64,000 bases of DNA, taken from an uncultured Clostridia bacterium (lineage in GTDB: Bacteria; Bacillota; Clostridia; Christensenellales; CAMQZB01). The translations under genes and the position numbers were made by a program. Location: contig CAMQZB010000001.1 in assembly GCA_947039455.1 (NCBI GenBank), positions 335,877-399,876 on the forward strand. Direction: 5' to 3'. Below are positions 8,268-18,262 of this stretch, one piece after another. The notes beneath the pieces are model-generated. The model did no database searches and had not been told where the DNA came from. It saw nothing but the letters and a program-made list of their open reading frames with translations. The first letter of the stretch is position 1. Every line of letters starts with the position of its first letter.

Positions 8268-9767
8268 CTATGCTTCCTCCCTTTTTGTTGCGTAATACAT
8301 AATATTTTCTTGTGTCGCATCTTGAATATCTAATATTTTAGTAATTCGTCCTTCACACATAACAACTACTCTATCACTCAGTCTTTGTATTTCTGCTAAT
8401 TCTGATGATATCATAATTACTGATTTTCCGCCTTTTGCTAGTTTTTCCATTAGTGCGTACATTTCACTTTTTGCACCGATATCAATTCCTCTAGTTGGCT
8501 CATCAAATATAAATATGTCAGAATTTTTTAGTAACCATCTTGCGATAATTACCTTTTGTTGATTTCCTCCTGAAAGATTCTTCAACAACTGATTCATTGA
8601 TGGTGTTTTTGTTTTTAATGATTCATTTACTATTTTCGCATCAGCTGCAATTTTCTTGTCATTAATAATTCCAAATTTCGTGTAATTTTCTAATGACGCT
8701 AGCGCTGAATTTTCTGATATGGATTTAATTAATAATAAACCGTATCTTTTCCTATCTTCACTTAAATAACATATTCCGTTTTTTACGGCTTGCTCTGGTG
8801 TATTTATTTTAACTTTTTTTCCGTTAAGATAAATTGATCCACTATCAAACTTGTCCGCACCATAGATAGCTCTTGCTACTTCAGTTCGACCTGCACCCAT
8901 TAGTCCAGAAAATCCAAGTATTTCGCCTCTCTTTAGCTCAAAACTAACATTCTTTATTGATGATCCTGAATTTAAGTTAGATACTTCCAAAACAGTATCT
9001 GCGTCTTTTGATACATTGCTCTTCTCTTTCTTGTCACCAAAGATTACTCTACCAACCATCATTTTAACGATGTCATCTTTTGTTGATCCTTCAGTATCAA
9101 TAGTTCCAATATATTCTCCGTCACGCATTACCGTAACTCTGTCTGAAATTACATTAATTTCGTCCATACGATGAGATATGTATATCATTCCAATTCCTTT
9201 TGCTTGTAAATCTCTCATCATTTTGAACAGCTCTTTTACTTCAAATTCTGTTAAAGCTGCTGTTGGCTCATCAAGTACTAATAATTTACTCTCATGTGAT
9301 ATTGCTTTTGCAATTTCAACCATTTGCTGTCTTCCAACAGTTAACTTTCCAAGTTGAACGTCTGGTTCAATATTGATTCCAATTTTATCAAAAAGTGCTT
9401 TTGCATCTTTTTCCATTTTTTTATCATCAATTACTGTGCCTTTCATTGGCTCTCTGCCAATATAAATATTTTGAGCTACAGTTAGGTGATTCATCATGTT
9501 TAATTCTTGGTGAATTATACTGATACCCTTTTTTTGTGCCTCTGCAATATTTTTAAAATTGACTTTTTCTCCAAATAATGTTATTTCACCTGCATCTCGT
9601 TGGTACATTCCAACAAGAACTTTCATCAAAGTTGACTTTCCTGCACCATTTTCACCCATTAGTGCATGAACTTCACCAGCTCTTAAATTGAAGTCAACTC
9701 CTTTCAAGGCGTGTACACCAAAAAATCGCTTGTCTACACCTTTCATATCAAGAATTATTTCATTCAT
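8268..9767 (-). CDS. Sugar ABC transporter ATP-binding protein (duplicated ATPase, RbsA/MglA-like)
   Basis: 499 aa. Walker A GENGAGKST. Signatures LTVGRQQ / LSGGNQQK. Two nucleotide-binding halves. Confidence 0.9.
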   Translation of the reverse strand: MNEIILDMKGVDKRFFGVHALKGVDFNLRAGEVHALMGENGAGKSTLMKVLVGMYQRDAGEITLFGEKVNFKNIAEAQKKGISIIHQELNMMNHLTVAQNIYIGREPMKGTVIDDKKMEKDAKALFDKIGINIEPDVQLGKLTVGRQQMVEIAKAISHESKLLVLDEPTAALTEFEVKELFKMMRDLQAKGIGMIYISHRMDEINVISDRVTVMRDGEYIGTIDTEGSTKDDIVKMMVGRVIFGDKKEKSNVSKDADTVLEVSNLNSGSSIKNVSFELKRGEILGFSGLMGAGRTEVARAIYGADKFDSGSIYLNGKKVKINTPEQAVKNGICYLSEDRKRYGLLLIKSISENSALASLENYTKFGIINDKKIAADAKIVNESLKTKTPSMNQLLKNLSGGNQQKVIIARWLLKNSDIFIFDEPTRGIDIGAKSEMYALMEKLAKGGKSVIMISSELAEIQRLSDRVVVMCEGRITKILDIQDATQENIMYYATKREEA

Positions 9768-9878
9768 CTTGGTACCTCACTCATATTTAAATCTATTATA
9801 TATATATAGTACTCTAAACCTATTAAAAAATCAATAGTGAAAATTGTTTTAAATTTTTAGCAATATTGTTCTATTATA

Positions 9879-9907
9879 TTGACAAATTATATTTACTGTA
9901 TTATAAT
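9879..9907 (+). promoter_or_regulatory. Consensus sigma-A promoter; ATG of the AraC gene sits at the predicted +1
   Basis: TTGACA 9879-9884, 17-nt spacer, TATAAT 9902-9907. ATG at 9914, 6 nt after the -10, with no SD. Confidence 0.6.
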
Positions 9908-9913
9908 ATTAAT

Positions 9914-10783
9914 ATGAAAGTTATACATAGATACAATTCAAAAGAAAGACAGCATTTTGTATTCAATCAAAATATGCCTTATTCTGTTAAACCACACTTG
10001 CTTTATGCGGGCAAAATCGACCCAAAGAAGGGATGGCGTGAGACTGATCATTGCCACAATTTTGTGGAGTTGATTTTAGTTCTTGATGGCTCTGGATATG
10101 TTTATATTGACAACGTACGCCATTTTGTTAACAAGGGCGATATTGTCATTTATAATGCTGGTCAAAAGCATCATGAAGTCGGTTCTCTGAATAATCCATT
10201 TTCGTTGAATTTCATTGCTTTCGACAATATTAAACTGTCAAATGTTGCTGAAAATCATTTGATTTCACCTAATTTCCCATCAATTTATGCCACTGGAGCA
10301 CATTTTGAAACGTTCGAAAATTACGCGTCTACTTTGATAAATGAATTGGTTTTAAGGGAAAGTTACTACACCGAAATTATTAGTAATACTTTAAGAATTT
10401 TGGTGGCTATGACTTATCGATTAATTAATAATAAACAAAACACTGCTTCACTGATTTCTTCTAACAAAATAATCGCTAATGCACTTGTTTATTTAGACTT
10501 AAACTACCTGAAAAATTTCACTATTGAAGATGTTGCCCAATACTGTTTTACTAGCAAATTTCACCTTATACATCTCTTTAAAAAAATTCAAGGTATAACA
10601 ATTTTGGACTACATTATGAATAAACGGATTAATTATGCAAAAAATCTATTAAAAGAAACAAATAGTAAAATAAACGAGATCTCTCTTTTAACAGGATTTA
10701 ATAACTTAAATTACTTTTGCAAGTCATTTAAGAAAATTGAACAATGCACTCCCACTGAGTATCGAAATAATTTGAATTTGTAA
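9914..10783 (+). CDS. AraC-family transcriptional regulator (cupin + HTH_18)
   Basis: Cupin-like N-terminal half, C-terminal AraC HTH (...LLTGFNNLNYFCKSFKKIEQCTPTEYR). The track starts at TTG 9866, which lies inside the promoter. ATG 9914 preferred. Confidence 0.75.
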   Translation: MKVIHRYNSKERQHFVFNQNMPYSVKPHLLYAGKIDPKKGWRETDHCHNFVELILVLDGSGYVYIDNVRHFVNKGDIVIYNAGQKHHEVGSLNNPFSLNFIAFDNIKLSNVAENHLISPNFPSIYATGAHFETFENYASTLINELVLRESYYTEIISNTLRILVAMTYRLINNKQNTASLISSNKIIANALVYLDLNYLKNFTIEDVAQYCFTSKFHLIHLFKKIQGITILDYIMNKRINYAKNLLKETNSKINEISLLTGFNNLNYFCKSFKKIEQCTPTEYRNNLNL

Positions 10784-10839
10784 ATTAGAGTATATTTTCT
10801 TTTATAAATTATTATTTTTCTATATATAACTTAAAAAAA

Positions 10840-10872
10840 ATGAGGACTATCAATATTGATAGCCCTCATTTT
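10840..10872. terminator. Bidirectional terminator between convergent AraC and fucO
   Basis: A8, stem ATGAGGACTATCAA / TTGATAGCCCTCAT (1 mismatch), then TTTT. Confidence 0.6.
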
Positions 10873-10892
10873 AATATGAAAAAATTTATGTA

Positions 10893-12047
10893 TTATAGCA
10901 TGCTCTTAAATAATTTTTTAATATCTTCAACAGATGTTGTTCTTGGATTTCCGCCAGTACAAACATCGCCGAAAGCATCAACTGACAATTTATCTAGGTG
11001 CTCTTCACGAACGCCTACATCAGATACTTTTGTTGGAATATTAATTGACAATGACAAATCTTTTACTGATTTAACTGCTGCAATAGCTGCTTCATCATCA
11101 TTCATTTTTGATACGTCAACTCCCATCGCCTCAGCAATTTGTCTAAATTTAGGTTTAGCTGGTGAGTCAATATTGTACTCCATAACTGTAGGTAAAATAA
11201 TGGCATTTGCTACGCCGTGTGGTGTATCAAAAATTGCACCTAAAGTATGTGCCATTGAGTGTACAATTCCTAGACCTACATTTGAGAATCCCATTCCCGC
11301 TATGTATTGTCCTAATGCCATATTCTCTCTTGCTTCTTTGTTTGATCCATTATCTACTGCATCTTTTAGGTTGCTTGCAATAAGTTTAATTGCTTGCAAT
11401 TCGAACATATCACTCATAGCTGTTGCGCCTGGTGTAATAAATCCTTCGATTGCATGCGTTAATGCGTCCATTCCTGTTGCTGCTGTTAAGCCTTTTGGCA
11501 TTGAGAACATCAACTCAGCATCTACAAATGCAACTTGTGGTATGTCTTTAGGGTCTACACACACCATTTTTCTATGATTTACTTCATCAGTAATTACATA
11601 GTTGATTGTTACTTCAGCTGCTGTTCCTGCAGTCGTTGGGAATGCAAAAGTTAATACTGCACGGTTTTTTGTTGGTGCTACACCTTCAAGTGATAATACA
11701 TCAGCAAATTCAGGGTTTTTAATAATAATTCCTACAGCTTTTGCTGTATCAATTACTGAACCACCACCGATTGCAATAATAAAGTCCGCATTAGATTTTT
11801 TGAAGGCTTCTACTGCATCTTTTACTGTTTGAGTTGTTGGATTTGCTCTGATATCAGAAAATGTTACATAATCAACATTAGCTGAATCAAGTTGGTCTAG
11901 AACCATTTTTGCTACTCCAAATTTCAACAAATCTGAATCTGTGCATACAAATGCTTTCTTTAATCCACGTGATGTCATTTCACCTTTGATTTCAGTTCTA
12001 CATCCAGAACCAAAATATGATATTTCATTTAATACAAATCTAGCCAT
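10893..12047 (-). CDS. fucO: Lactaldehyde reductase (iron-containing group III alcohol dehydrogenase)
   Basis: 384 aa. Collinear by eye with E. coli FucO (from memory): ...NPEFADVLSLEGVAPTKN..., PTTAGTAAEVTINYVITDE, GMGFSNVGLGIVHSMAH, PHGVANAI, CTGGNPR. Confidence 0.85.
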   Translation of the reverse strand: MARFVLNEISYFGSGCRTEIKGEMTSRGLKKAFVCTDSDLLKFGVAKMVLDQLDSANVDYVTFSDIRANPTTQTVKDAVEAFKKSNADFIIAIGGGSVIDTAKAVGIIIKNPEFADVLSLEGVAPTKNRAVLTFAFPTTAGTAAEVTINYVITDEVNHRKMVCVDPKDIPQVAFVDAELMFSMPKGLTAATGMDALTHAIEGFITPGATAMSDMFELQAIKLIASNLKDAVDNGSNKEARENMALGQYIAGMGFSNVGLGIVHSMAHTLGAIFDTPHGVANAIILPTVMEYNIDSPAKPKFRQIAEAMGVDVSKMNDDEAAIAAVKSVKDLSLSINIPTKVSDVGVREEHLDKLSVDAFGDVCTGGNPRTTSVEDIKKLFKSML

Positions 12048-12094
12048 AATTTTCTCCTATTATATAATTTATTTTTTAATTTTTCTATTTAATA

Positions 12095-13876
12095 TTACTT
12101 GTACATTGGTCCATAGAATTTGCAAGCATTGATGTCTGCACTTTCTTTGTCTACTGTACCAAATCCAGACCATGAATGTGGACGATAAACTTTACTATCA
12201 TCAACGTTATGCATAACTACTGGGATTCTAAGCATACTTGCCATTGTGATTATGTCCGCACCTACGTGACCCATTACAGTTACACCGTGGTTCGCACCCC
12301 AATTTGCCATAACATTATACACGTCTTTGAATGCACCTTCGTTAGTAAGATTTGGAACAAACCATGTTGTTGGCCATGTTCTATCTGTTCTTACGTCGAT
12401 TGCGTTATGAATCGCATCAGGTAATCTCACTGTTGAGCCTTCTGCAATTTGAATTGTTAATCCAACACCTTCTACGATGTTTGTACGTATTAGCGTTACA
12501 TCAACTTCCGCATCAGCTTTGAAGTGTGAACTAAATCCACCACCACGGAAATATTCGTAATTAGCTCTACACCAATCAGTTGCATCAGTACAAGCTTTTA
12601 TGTCTGTATTAGTCATATCGTACCATGGTTTCATGCAATTTTCACCTTTTTCATTCTTGCTGGCCATGCTTCCGTCTAATGCTGTTGCTCCTGAATTGAT
12701 TAAGTGAATAAATCCATTTGCTGCTTTGCCTGTTGGTTTAACACCTGATACTCTCTCTACTGCTTCTGGACTCCAATATGTTCTTACATCATGGAAACAT
12801 GGTGCTGTATTAGTTAATAACGTCGCAATCATCATTGCTACACCATTTAATGTATCATTCTCAGTTGCAAATGGTACTGGTGCTTTTTTGCCGTTCCAGT
12901 CAAATGAACTTGCCATAATTGCTTCAGTAAAATCACCGTTAGGCAACCAATCAATCCAATTTCTTTGTCCTTGGAATCCACCAGATATTGCATTTTTACC
13001 TAGTGACTCTTCGTGCCAACCCATATCTGCCAATTTTTCGTTTCCATACATGATGTCACGAATTGCAAGCGTCATTTTAACTACGAAATCCCAATCTTTA
13101 TCAGCGGGTACTACCTTAGATGATGTAATCATATCAGGTAGGTTTTTTGTTGCATTACAATCAAACCCTTCTTTACAATTTTCTTTTACCCATGCTATAG
13201 CTTTATCAAACTCTGCATGGTCGTAAATTCCAAGTGTAATTCTTCTTAAAATTTCTGTCATATCTACCCATTCAGCACGAATGTGGAAATAATCTTGGAA
13301 CATTTTTGCATCACAGTATGATCCTGCTATACCCATTGAAATTCCACCACAGTTTACGTATGATTTGTTTTTCATTTGTCCAATAGCTATTGCACTTTTA
13401 CCGAAACTCAAAATCTTCTCTTCTACATCAGCTGGAACTGAATTGTCAGCTAAATCTTGAACGTCACGTCCATAGATTGCAAATGCTGGTAGTCCACGTT
13501 GTGCGTGTGCTGCTAAAACTGCAGCTAGATATACCGCGCCTGGTCTCTCTGTTCCGTTAAATCCCCATACTGCTTTGATAGTGTTTTTATTCATATCAAA
13601 AGTTTCTGTTCCATAACACCAACATGGTGTTACTGTAAGAGTAGCTACAACATTTTCAGCTGCAAATTGCTCTTCACACATTGCACTCTCTTTTCCACCA
13701 CCGATAGTTGTGTTTGAGATTACTACTTGAACAGGAGTTCCGTCATTATAACGCAACTTCTCTTCAATTAGCTTTTTAGCACTTTGAGCCATTGCCATAC
13801 ATTTTACTTCTAGCGATTCTCTAACTCCGCCCCAACGACCATCAATAGTTGGTCTTATACCTATTTTAGGATACAT
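12095..13876 (-). CDS. fucI: L-fucose isomerase
   Basis: 593 aa. Collinear with E. coli FucI (from memory): KIGIRPTIDGR, WGFNGTERPGAVYLAA, TENDTLNGVAM, ANWGANHG, MLRIPVVMHNV. Confidence 0.95.
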   Translation of the reverse strand: MYPKIGIRPTIDGRWGGVRESLEVKCMAMAQSAKKLIEEKLRYNDGTPVQVVISNTTIGGGKESAMCEEQFAAENVVATLTVTPCWCYGTETFDMNKNTIKAVWGFNGTERPGAVYLAAVLAAHAQRGLPAFAIYGRDVQDLADNSVPADVEEKILSFGKSAIAIGQMKNKSYVNCGGISMGIAGSYCDAKMFQDYFHIRAEWVDMTEILRRITLGIYDHAEFDKAIAWVKENCKEGFDCNATKNLPDMITSSKVVPADKDWDFVVKMTLAIRDIMYGNEKLADMGWHEESLGKNAISGGFQGQRNWIDWLPNGDFTEAIMASSFDWNGKKAPVPFATENDTLNGVAMMIATLLTNTAPCFHDVRTYWSPEAVERVSGVKPTGKAANGFIHLINSGATALDGSMASKNEKGENCMKPWYDMTNTDIKACTDATDWCRANYEYFRGGGFSSHFKADAEVDVTLIRTNIVEGVGLTIQIAEGSTVRLPDAIHNAIDVRTDRTWPTTWFVPNLTNEGAFKDVYNVMANWGANHGVTVMGHVGADIITMASMLRIPVVMHNVDDSKVYRPHSWSGFGTVDKESADINACKFYGPMYK

Positions 13877-13890
13877 GTTTTATACCTCAT

Positions 13891-15291
13891 TTATATTATT
13901 ATTTTTAAATATTGTTCATATGCAGCGTTCCATTTTTCCAAATCTTCAGCTACATAATTTCTTAGGTTCTCACCTTTTATTATTAATTTCTTAACATCTT
14001 CATCACTATGAATTTCTCCAAGTGTTTTTAATTGTATTGCGATATTTCCAATAGCTGTTGCTTCTTCAACTCCAGCTACCACTTTTCGATTTAACGCATT
14101 TGCTGTTAATTGACACAATATGTCCGCTCGGCTTCCGCCACCAACAATATACAAAGTTTCAAAATGTTTTTTGACTACTTCTTCAATTTGATTTAGCGCG
14201 AATCTATATTTCATGGCTAAACTTTCATATACACATCTAGCAATTTCGCCTACAGTTTGTGGTACGTTTTGATTAGTATTTAAACAGTACTCTTGAATTA
14301 CTTTTGGCATATCACAAGGTTGTCCAAATACTTTATCATCTACATCAATAAATGATTTCAAGCCTTCAGCATCACTAGCCATTTTTGCTATCTCGCTGTA
14401 GCTGTATTCGCCCCAACATCTTTTGCACTCTTGAATAATCCAAAGTCCAACAATGTTCTTTAGAAAATCAACTTTTCCGTTTGCTGAGATTTCGTTAGAT
14501 AAATCATTATCACAACTTTCTTTTGTCAATATAGGTTCATCTATCTCTACACCAAACAAACTCCATGTTCCACATGATAGATAAGCAAATTCGGTTTCTA
14601 AAGTAGGTACTGAATATATTGCACATTCAGTATCATGACCTGCTACAGAAATAACTTTCATATCATTATATGTACCAACTACTGTTCCAGCTTCTACTAT
14701 CTTAGGAAATATATTTCTGTCAATATTGAATTTATCTAATATTTCATTAGAAAATTCATGTGTTTTAATGTCTAACATTTGACTTGTTGACGCTATAGTT
14801 TTTTCGCAAACCATATTTCCTGTTAACATATAAGCAAATAAATCAGGCATAAACAAAATTTTCTTTCCGTTTAAGTCTTCTTTTTCTGCTAAAAGTTGAA
14901 AAAGTGTATTTATAGTCATTATTTGATTTCCTGTAATTTCATACAGTCTGTCATAAGACATAACTTCACTAGCTGTTTTAACTGTTGTTTCTGTTCTAGG
15001 ATCACGATATGATGTTGGATAGTCTACTAATTTGCCGTTTTGATCAATAATTCCATAATCAACGCCCCATGTATCAAACCCAATTGAATCCACTTTACCA
15101 GCTTTTTCTATAGTGTATTTAACTTCACTAAATAACGTTTCAATATCCCAAACTAGTCGACCATTCCGCTCTATAGCACCATTGTTAAATCTATGAACTT
15201 CTTCATACTTGATTACATCATTATCAATATAACCAATTATTCCACGTCCTGAACTAGCTCCAAAATCAAATGCAAGTACTTTTTTACTCAT
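13891..15291 (-). CDS. fucK: FGGY kinase of the rhamnulokinase (RhaB) type; L-fuculokinase by operon context
   Basis: AFDFGASSGRGI..., SIGFDTWGVDYG, VGGGSRADILCQLTA. Start at ATG 15291 (MSKKVLAFDFG), preceded by AGGTGA. Sits between fucI and fucA. Confidence 0.7.
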   Translation of the reverse strand: MSKKVLAFDFGASSGRGIIGYIDNDVIKYEEVHRFNNGAIERNGRLVWDIETLFSEVKYTIEKAGKVDSIGFDTWGVDYGIIDQNGKLVDYPTSYRDPRTETTVKTASEVMSYDRLYEITGNQIMTINTLFQLLAEKEDLNGKKILFMPDLFAYMLTGNMVCEKTIASTSQMLDIKTHEFSNEILDKFNIDRNIFPKIVEAGTVVGTYNDMKVISVAGHDTECAIYSVPTLETEFAYLSCGTWSLFGVEIDEPILTKESCDNDLSNEISANGKVDFLKNIVGLWIIQECKRCWGEYSYSEIAKMASDAEGLKSFIDVDDKVFGQPCDMPKVIQEYCLNTNQNVPQTVGEIARCVYESLAMKYRFALNQIEEVVKKHFETLYIVGGGSRADILCQLTANALNRKVVAGVEEATAIGNIAIQLKTLGEIHSDEDVKKLIIKGENLRNYVAEDLEKWNAAYEQYLKIII

Positions 15292-15309
15292 AATATTCAC
15301 CTAAACAAA

Positions 15310-16005
15310 TTAATCTTTGTTCTCTTCTGTGCTAAACTTTTTATATCCTGGATGTCTTCCAGTAACTCCATAGTATGTTCTCAAATCAATCAATTTTTGG
15401 ATATTTCCTCTGTCGATATCAATTGAACCACCTAAAATTACTGCATTAATAGTGATTTTTGCCCACAATTCCAAACTCTCCATACGATAGAATGCTGTAA
15501 TTACGTCACTTCCAACTGCTAATGCTCCGTGGTTAGTTAATAGCATTACATCATGGTCTTCTAAATATGGCTCGATTGCATCAGGAACTTCAATTGTACT
15601 TGGTGTACCATATGGTGTTAGAGGAACAGCACCAATTACTGCTACATCTTCGATCATGTTATACATGTCCATAGGTTTATGAGCTACTGCAAAACCTGTT
15701 GCACCAGGTGGGTGTGCATGAATTACACTCCATACATCATCACGTTTCTCATAACATCTAAGATGCATTTTCACTTCGCTTGATGGTTTCAAACCAGGAG
15801 CCGCTTCAAGTATTTCACCTTTTGCATTAATTCTTATTAATTTTTCTGGTGTAATGAAACTTTTACTCATTCCAGTTGGAGTTGCTAAGAATGTACCATC
15901 CTCAAGTCTTGCTGTTACGTTTCCGTCGTTTGCTGCTACCCAGCCTAGTTGCCACATTTTATGACATACGTCACAAATTTGCTCTTTAATTTCTTGAATA
16001 TTCAT
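15310..16005 (-). CDS. fucA: L-fuculose-phosphate aldolase (class II aldolase/adducin family)
   Basis: 231 aa. GNVTARL, SSEVKMHL and HAHPP motifs. Operon context. Confidence 0.85.
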   Translation of the reverse strand: MNIQEIKEQICDVCHKMWQLGWVAANDGNVTARLEDGTFLATPTGMSKSFITPEKLIRINAKGEILEAAPGLKPSSEVKMHLRCYEKRDDVWSVIHAHPPGATGFAVAHKPMDMYNMIEDVAVIGAVPLTPYGTPSTIEVPDAIEPYLEDHDVMLLTNHGALAVGSDVITAFYRMESLELWAKITINAVILGGSIDIDRGNIQKLIDLRTYYGVTGRHPGYKKFSTEENKD

Positions 16006-16030
16006 ATTAATTCTCCTTTATTTTACTTGC

Positions 16031-16462
16031 TTAGCAAGTACCTTTTTTTATAATTATATTTGCATATAATGCTTTCTCACCAGTGGCAATGATTGCATAT
16101 GCGTTCTTTGCTCTTTCATAAAATTCGAACCTTTCTATCTCTTCAAACCCTTTACTGTAATTCTCCGTTGGCTCGCTTTTTAAAATTTCTTCATATTCCT
16201 TCCAAATTACTGGAACTGAATTATCTAGAGTTTTCATAAGTCCAACAGGCTGATCTACATATTGATCAAGTGGGAAATACTTGATTATCGCACTTAACAC
16301 ATCACTTACTCCGTGACCGTCTAATCTAATAACTATTGCATTTTTTCCGATGCTCTCGCTTGGGAAATTTCCATCAGCAATTACTATCTCATCACTATGA
16401 CCCATTTCACAAATTACTTTCAATAAATTTGGGCTTATTATTTTAGGTACATTTTTTAGCAT
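16031..16462 (-). CDS. fucU: L-fucose mutarotase (RbsD/FucU family)
   Basis: 143 aa. MLKNVPKIISPNLLKVICEMGHSDEIVIADGNFP is typical of FucU. First gene of the fuc operon. Confidence 0.85.
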   Translation of the reverse strand: MLKNVPKIISPNLLKVICEMGHSDEIVIADGNFPSESIGKNAIVIRLDGHGVSDVLSAIIKYFPLDQYVDQPVGLMKTLDNSVPVIWKEYEEILKSEPTENYSKGFEEIERFEFYERAKNAYAIIATGEKALYANIIIKKGTC

Positions 16463-16571
16463 TTCATTCTCCTTCTATTATTCTATAACATAATTATACT
16501 ATTGCTTTTTCCTATTGTCTTGTGTTATACTAAGAAAAAACATAATTATATTACGGTTTTAGGAGAAATAA

Positions 16572-17438
16572 ATGAAATATTTACACTTGCAAGAAAATAT
16601 ACAGCGTGGCACTATGAATTTTAAACTTGAGTACTATTTGCTCAATTCCACTTCTCCTCAATACATAATGCAACCACATTGGCATGATGAATTAGAATTT
16701 ATTCGAATTATTGAAGGTGAGTTCTGCTTACAACTAGAAAACAAAGAACTTCTTTTAGTTAAAGGAGATATTGCTGTTGTAAATCTTGAAATGATTCACA
16801 GTGGCACCCCTATTAATTGCATTTATGAATGTATAGTTTTTAACGTTAAACTTCTAAGTAGTAGCAATGAATATATCTCAAAATTGTTATTAAATATTAC
16901 TAGTAAAAAAATTACGATTTTCAATAAATTTAAAGCAGATACAAATAATATTACAAACCTGTTTAATATGCTTTTCAACAGCGTGAAAGAGAGAAACAGT
17001 AGTTTTGAAATCGCTACTATTGGTGCCTTATACATGATTATTGGTGAAATTTTTAGCAATAACTACTTTTTCCACACACCGCTAGACTATGTTGCTAATC
17101 AAAAAAAATTAATTGAATTAAATGAAGTGCTTCATTACATTCAAATTAATTATGCAAATAAAATCAATTTATCAGATTTGGCAATAGTAGCAAACATGTC
17201 ACCTAATTATTTTTGTTCTGCTTTTAAAGACATATTTAAACAATCTCCTATTGATTATTTGATTGAGTTTAGAATAGAAAAAGCTACTTCCTTGCTTCTA
17301 AACAATGATATGAATATTACTGAAATTTCCCTAGCTTGTGGCTTTTTCGACCTGTCTTACTTTATTAAAACATTTAAAAAGTTGAAAGGCGTTTCTCCTA
17401 AAAAATATCTCACTACTACTTATATCAATAATATATAA
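16572..17438 (+). CDS. AraC-family transcriptional regulator, divergent from fucU
   Basis: 288 aa, cupin + AraC HTH (...ISLACGFFDLSYFIKTFKKLKGVSPKKY). Canonical SD AGGAGA upstream of the ATG. Confidence 0.85.
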   Translation: MKYLHLQENIQRGTMNFKLEYYLLNSTSPQYIMQPHWHDELEFIRIIEGEFCLQLENKELLLVKGDIAVVNLEMIHSGTPINCIYECIVFNVKLLSSSNEYISKLLLNITSKKITIFNKFKADTNNITNLFNMLFNSVKERNSSFEIATIGALYMIIGEIFSNNYFFHTPLDYVANQKKLIELNEVLHYIQINYANKINLSDLAIVANMSPNYFCSAFKDIFKQSPIDYLIEFRIEKATSLLLNNDMNITEISLACGFFDLSYFIKTFKKLKGVSPKKYLTTTYINNI

Positions 17439-17464
17439 AATTTAAAACAACTATATATAGAAAA

Positions 17465-17498
17465 AAGCAGATTGTCCAATTTTTTAGGCAATCTGCTT
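17465..17498 (+). terminator. Terminator after the AraC gene
   Basis: Stem AAGCAGATTG (17465-17474) / CAATCTGCTT (17489-17498), followed by a T-rich tail. Confidence 0.55.
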
Positions 17499-17571
17499 TA
17501 TTCTATATTTATTTAATTATTTTGGATGTTACTTTAATAGATTTCATACACACTTAATTATTTTATGAACG

Positions 17572-17614
17572 AAAAAAGACCTAAAGATTGCTTGCGCGTT
17601 CCTTAGGTTTTTTA
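17572..17614 (-). terminator. Terminator after the QueD-like gene
   Basis: Minus strand: CCTAAGG...TTTAGGT imperfect stem followed by CTTTTTT. Confidence 0.45.
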
Positions 17615-17646
17615 TCTTCAATAATTAAATTTATTAATTACTTATT

Positions 17647-18210
17647 TTAGTGTTTGTAACCACATTTTTTACAGACACCATTGTCACTCATTCTGATTCC
17701 GCATAGAGGGCAACGATCAATGTTGTTTTTAGTTACAAATTCAGCCGATGCTTCGTTTACACCACTTGTAAAAGTTAGTTTAGCTATATTAAGTTTATCT
17801 TTCAACAAATCATATACGATTTTAATCATTCCTTCAACTGTCATAGTTTCTTTTGTTACAACTAGACGACAATCAGGATATGCTGTTGCAAGCTCGGTTT
17901 TAAAAGCCTCACCTTTCATTTGATTTTGAGGTGTTCCATCTTTTATTCCAGTTTCTTCGTAAACTTTTAGGATTGCTGGTAGTAATGGATCGTCATCTCT
18001 TAAAACAAGTGCGTGGTCAAAGTTTTTTAAAATATCCCATGCAGTTTTTTGAATCTCATTACAAGGGAAAACCATATTAACGCCTGTGTTAACAGTATCC
18101 TCTACCTCAATAGTTAAAATTCCAGTATGTCCATGCAAATATTGCGCCTCGCCTTTAAATCCATAGAATCTGTGTGCGTATTGCAAATCTAATTTTGTTA
18201 TGCTTTTCAT
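17647..18210 (-). CDS. 6-pyruvoyl-tetrahydropterin synthase / QueD-family protein with C-terminal Zn-ribbon
   Basis: 187 aa. QYAHRF...YLHGHTG...FDHALVL...KETMTVEG fits the PTPS/QueD His triad. The Cys just before the LHGH of canonical QueD is not present. C-terminus CPLCG-x11-CKKCG. Confidence 0.7.
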   Translation of the reverse strand: MKSITKLDLQYAHRFYGFKGEAQYLHGHTGILTIEVEDTVNTGVNMVFPCNEIQKTAWDILKNFDHALVLRDDDPLLPAILKVYEETGIKDGTPQNQMKGEAFKTELATAYPDCRLVVTKETMTVEGMIKIVYDLLKDKLNIAKLTFTSGVNEASAEFVTKNNIDRCPLCGIRMSDNGVCKKCGYKH

Positions 18211-18262
18211 ATAATTCTCCTTATTTTTATATATTTACGGAATTTTCTATCCCGTATTTGCC

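Noticed and set aside
10840-11577. Long plus-strand ORFs antisense to minus-strand genes (e.g. 10840-11577 over fucO, 55723-56403 over phnE, 6270-6764, 12726-13226, 43979-44356, 4743-5141).
   Set aside because: They lie fully inside well-supported genes on the opposite strand. They have low-complexity Ser/Ile/Phe/Asn-rich translations, no SD and no recognisable motifs. These are shadow ORFs typical of AT-rich DNA.
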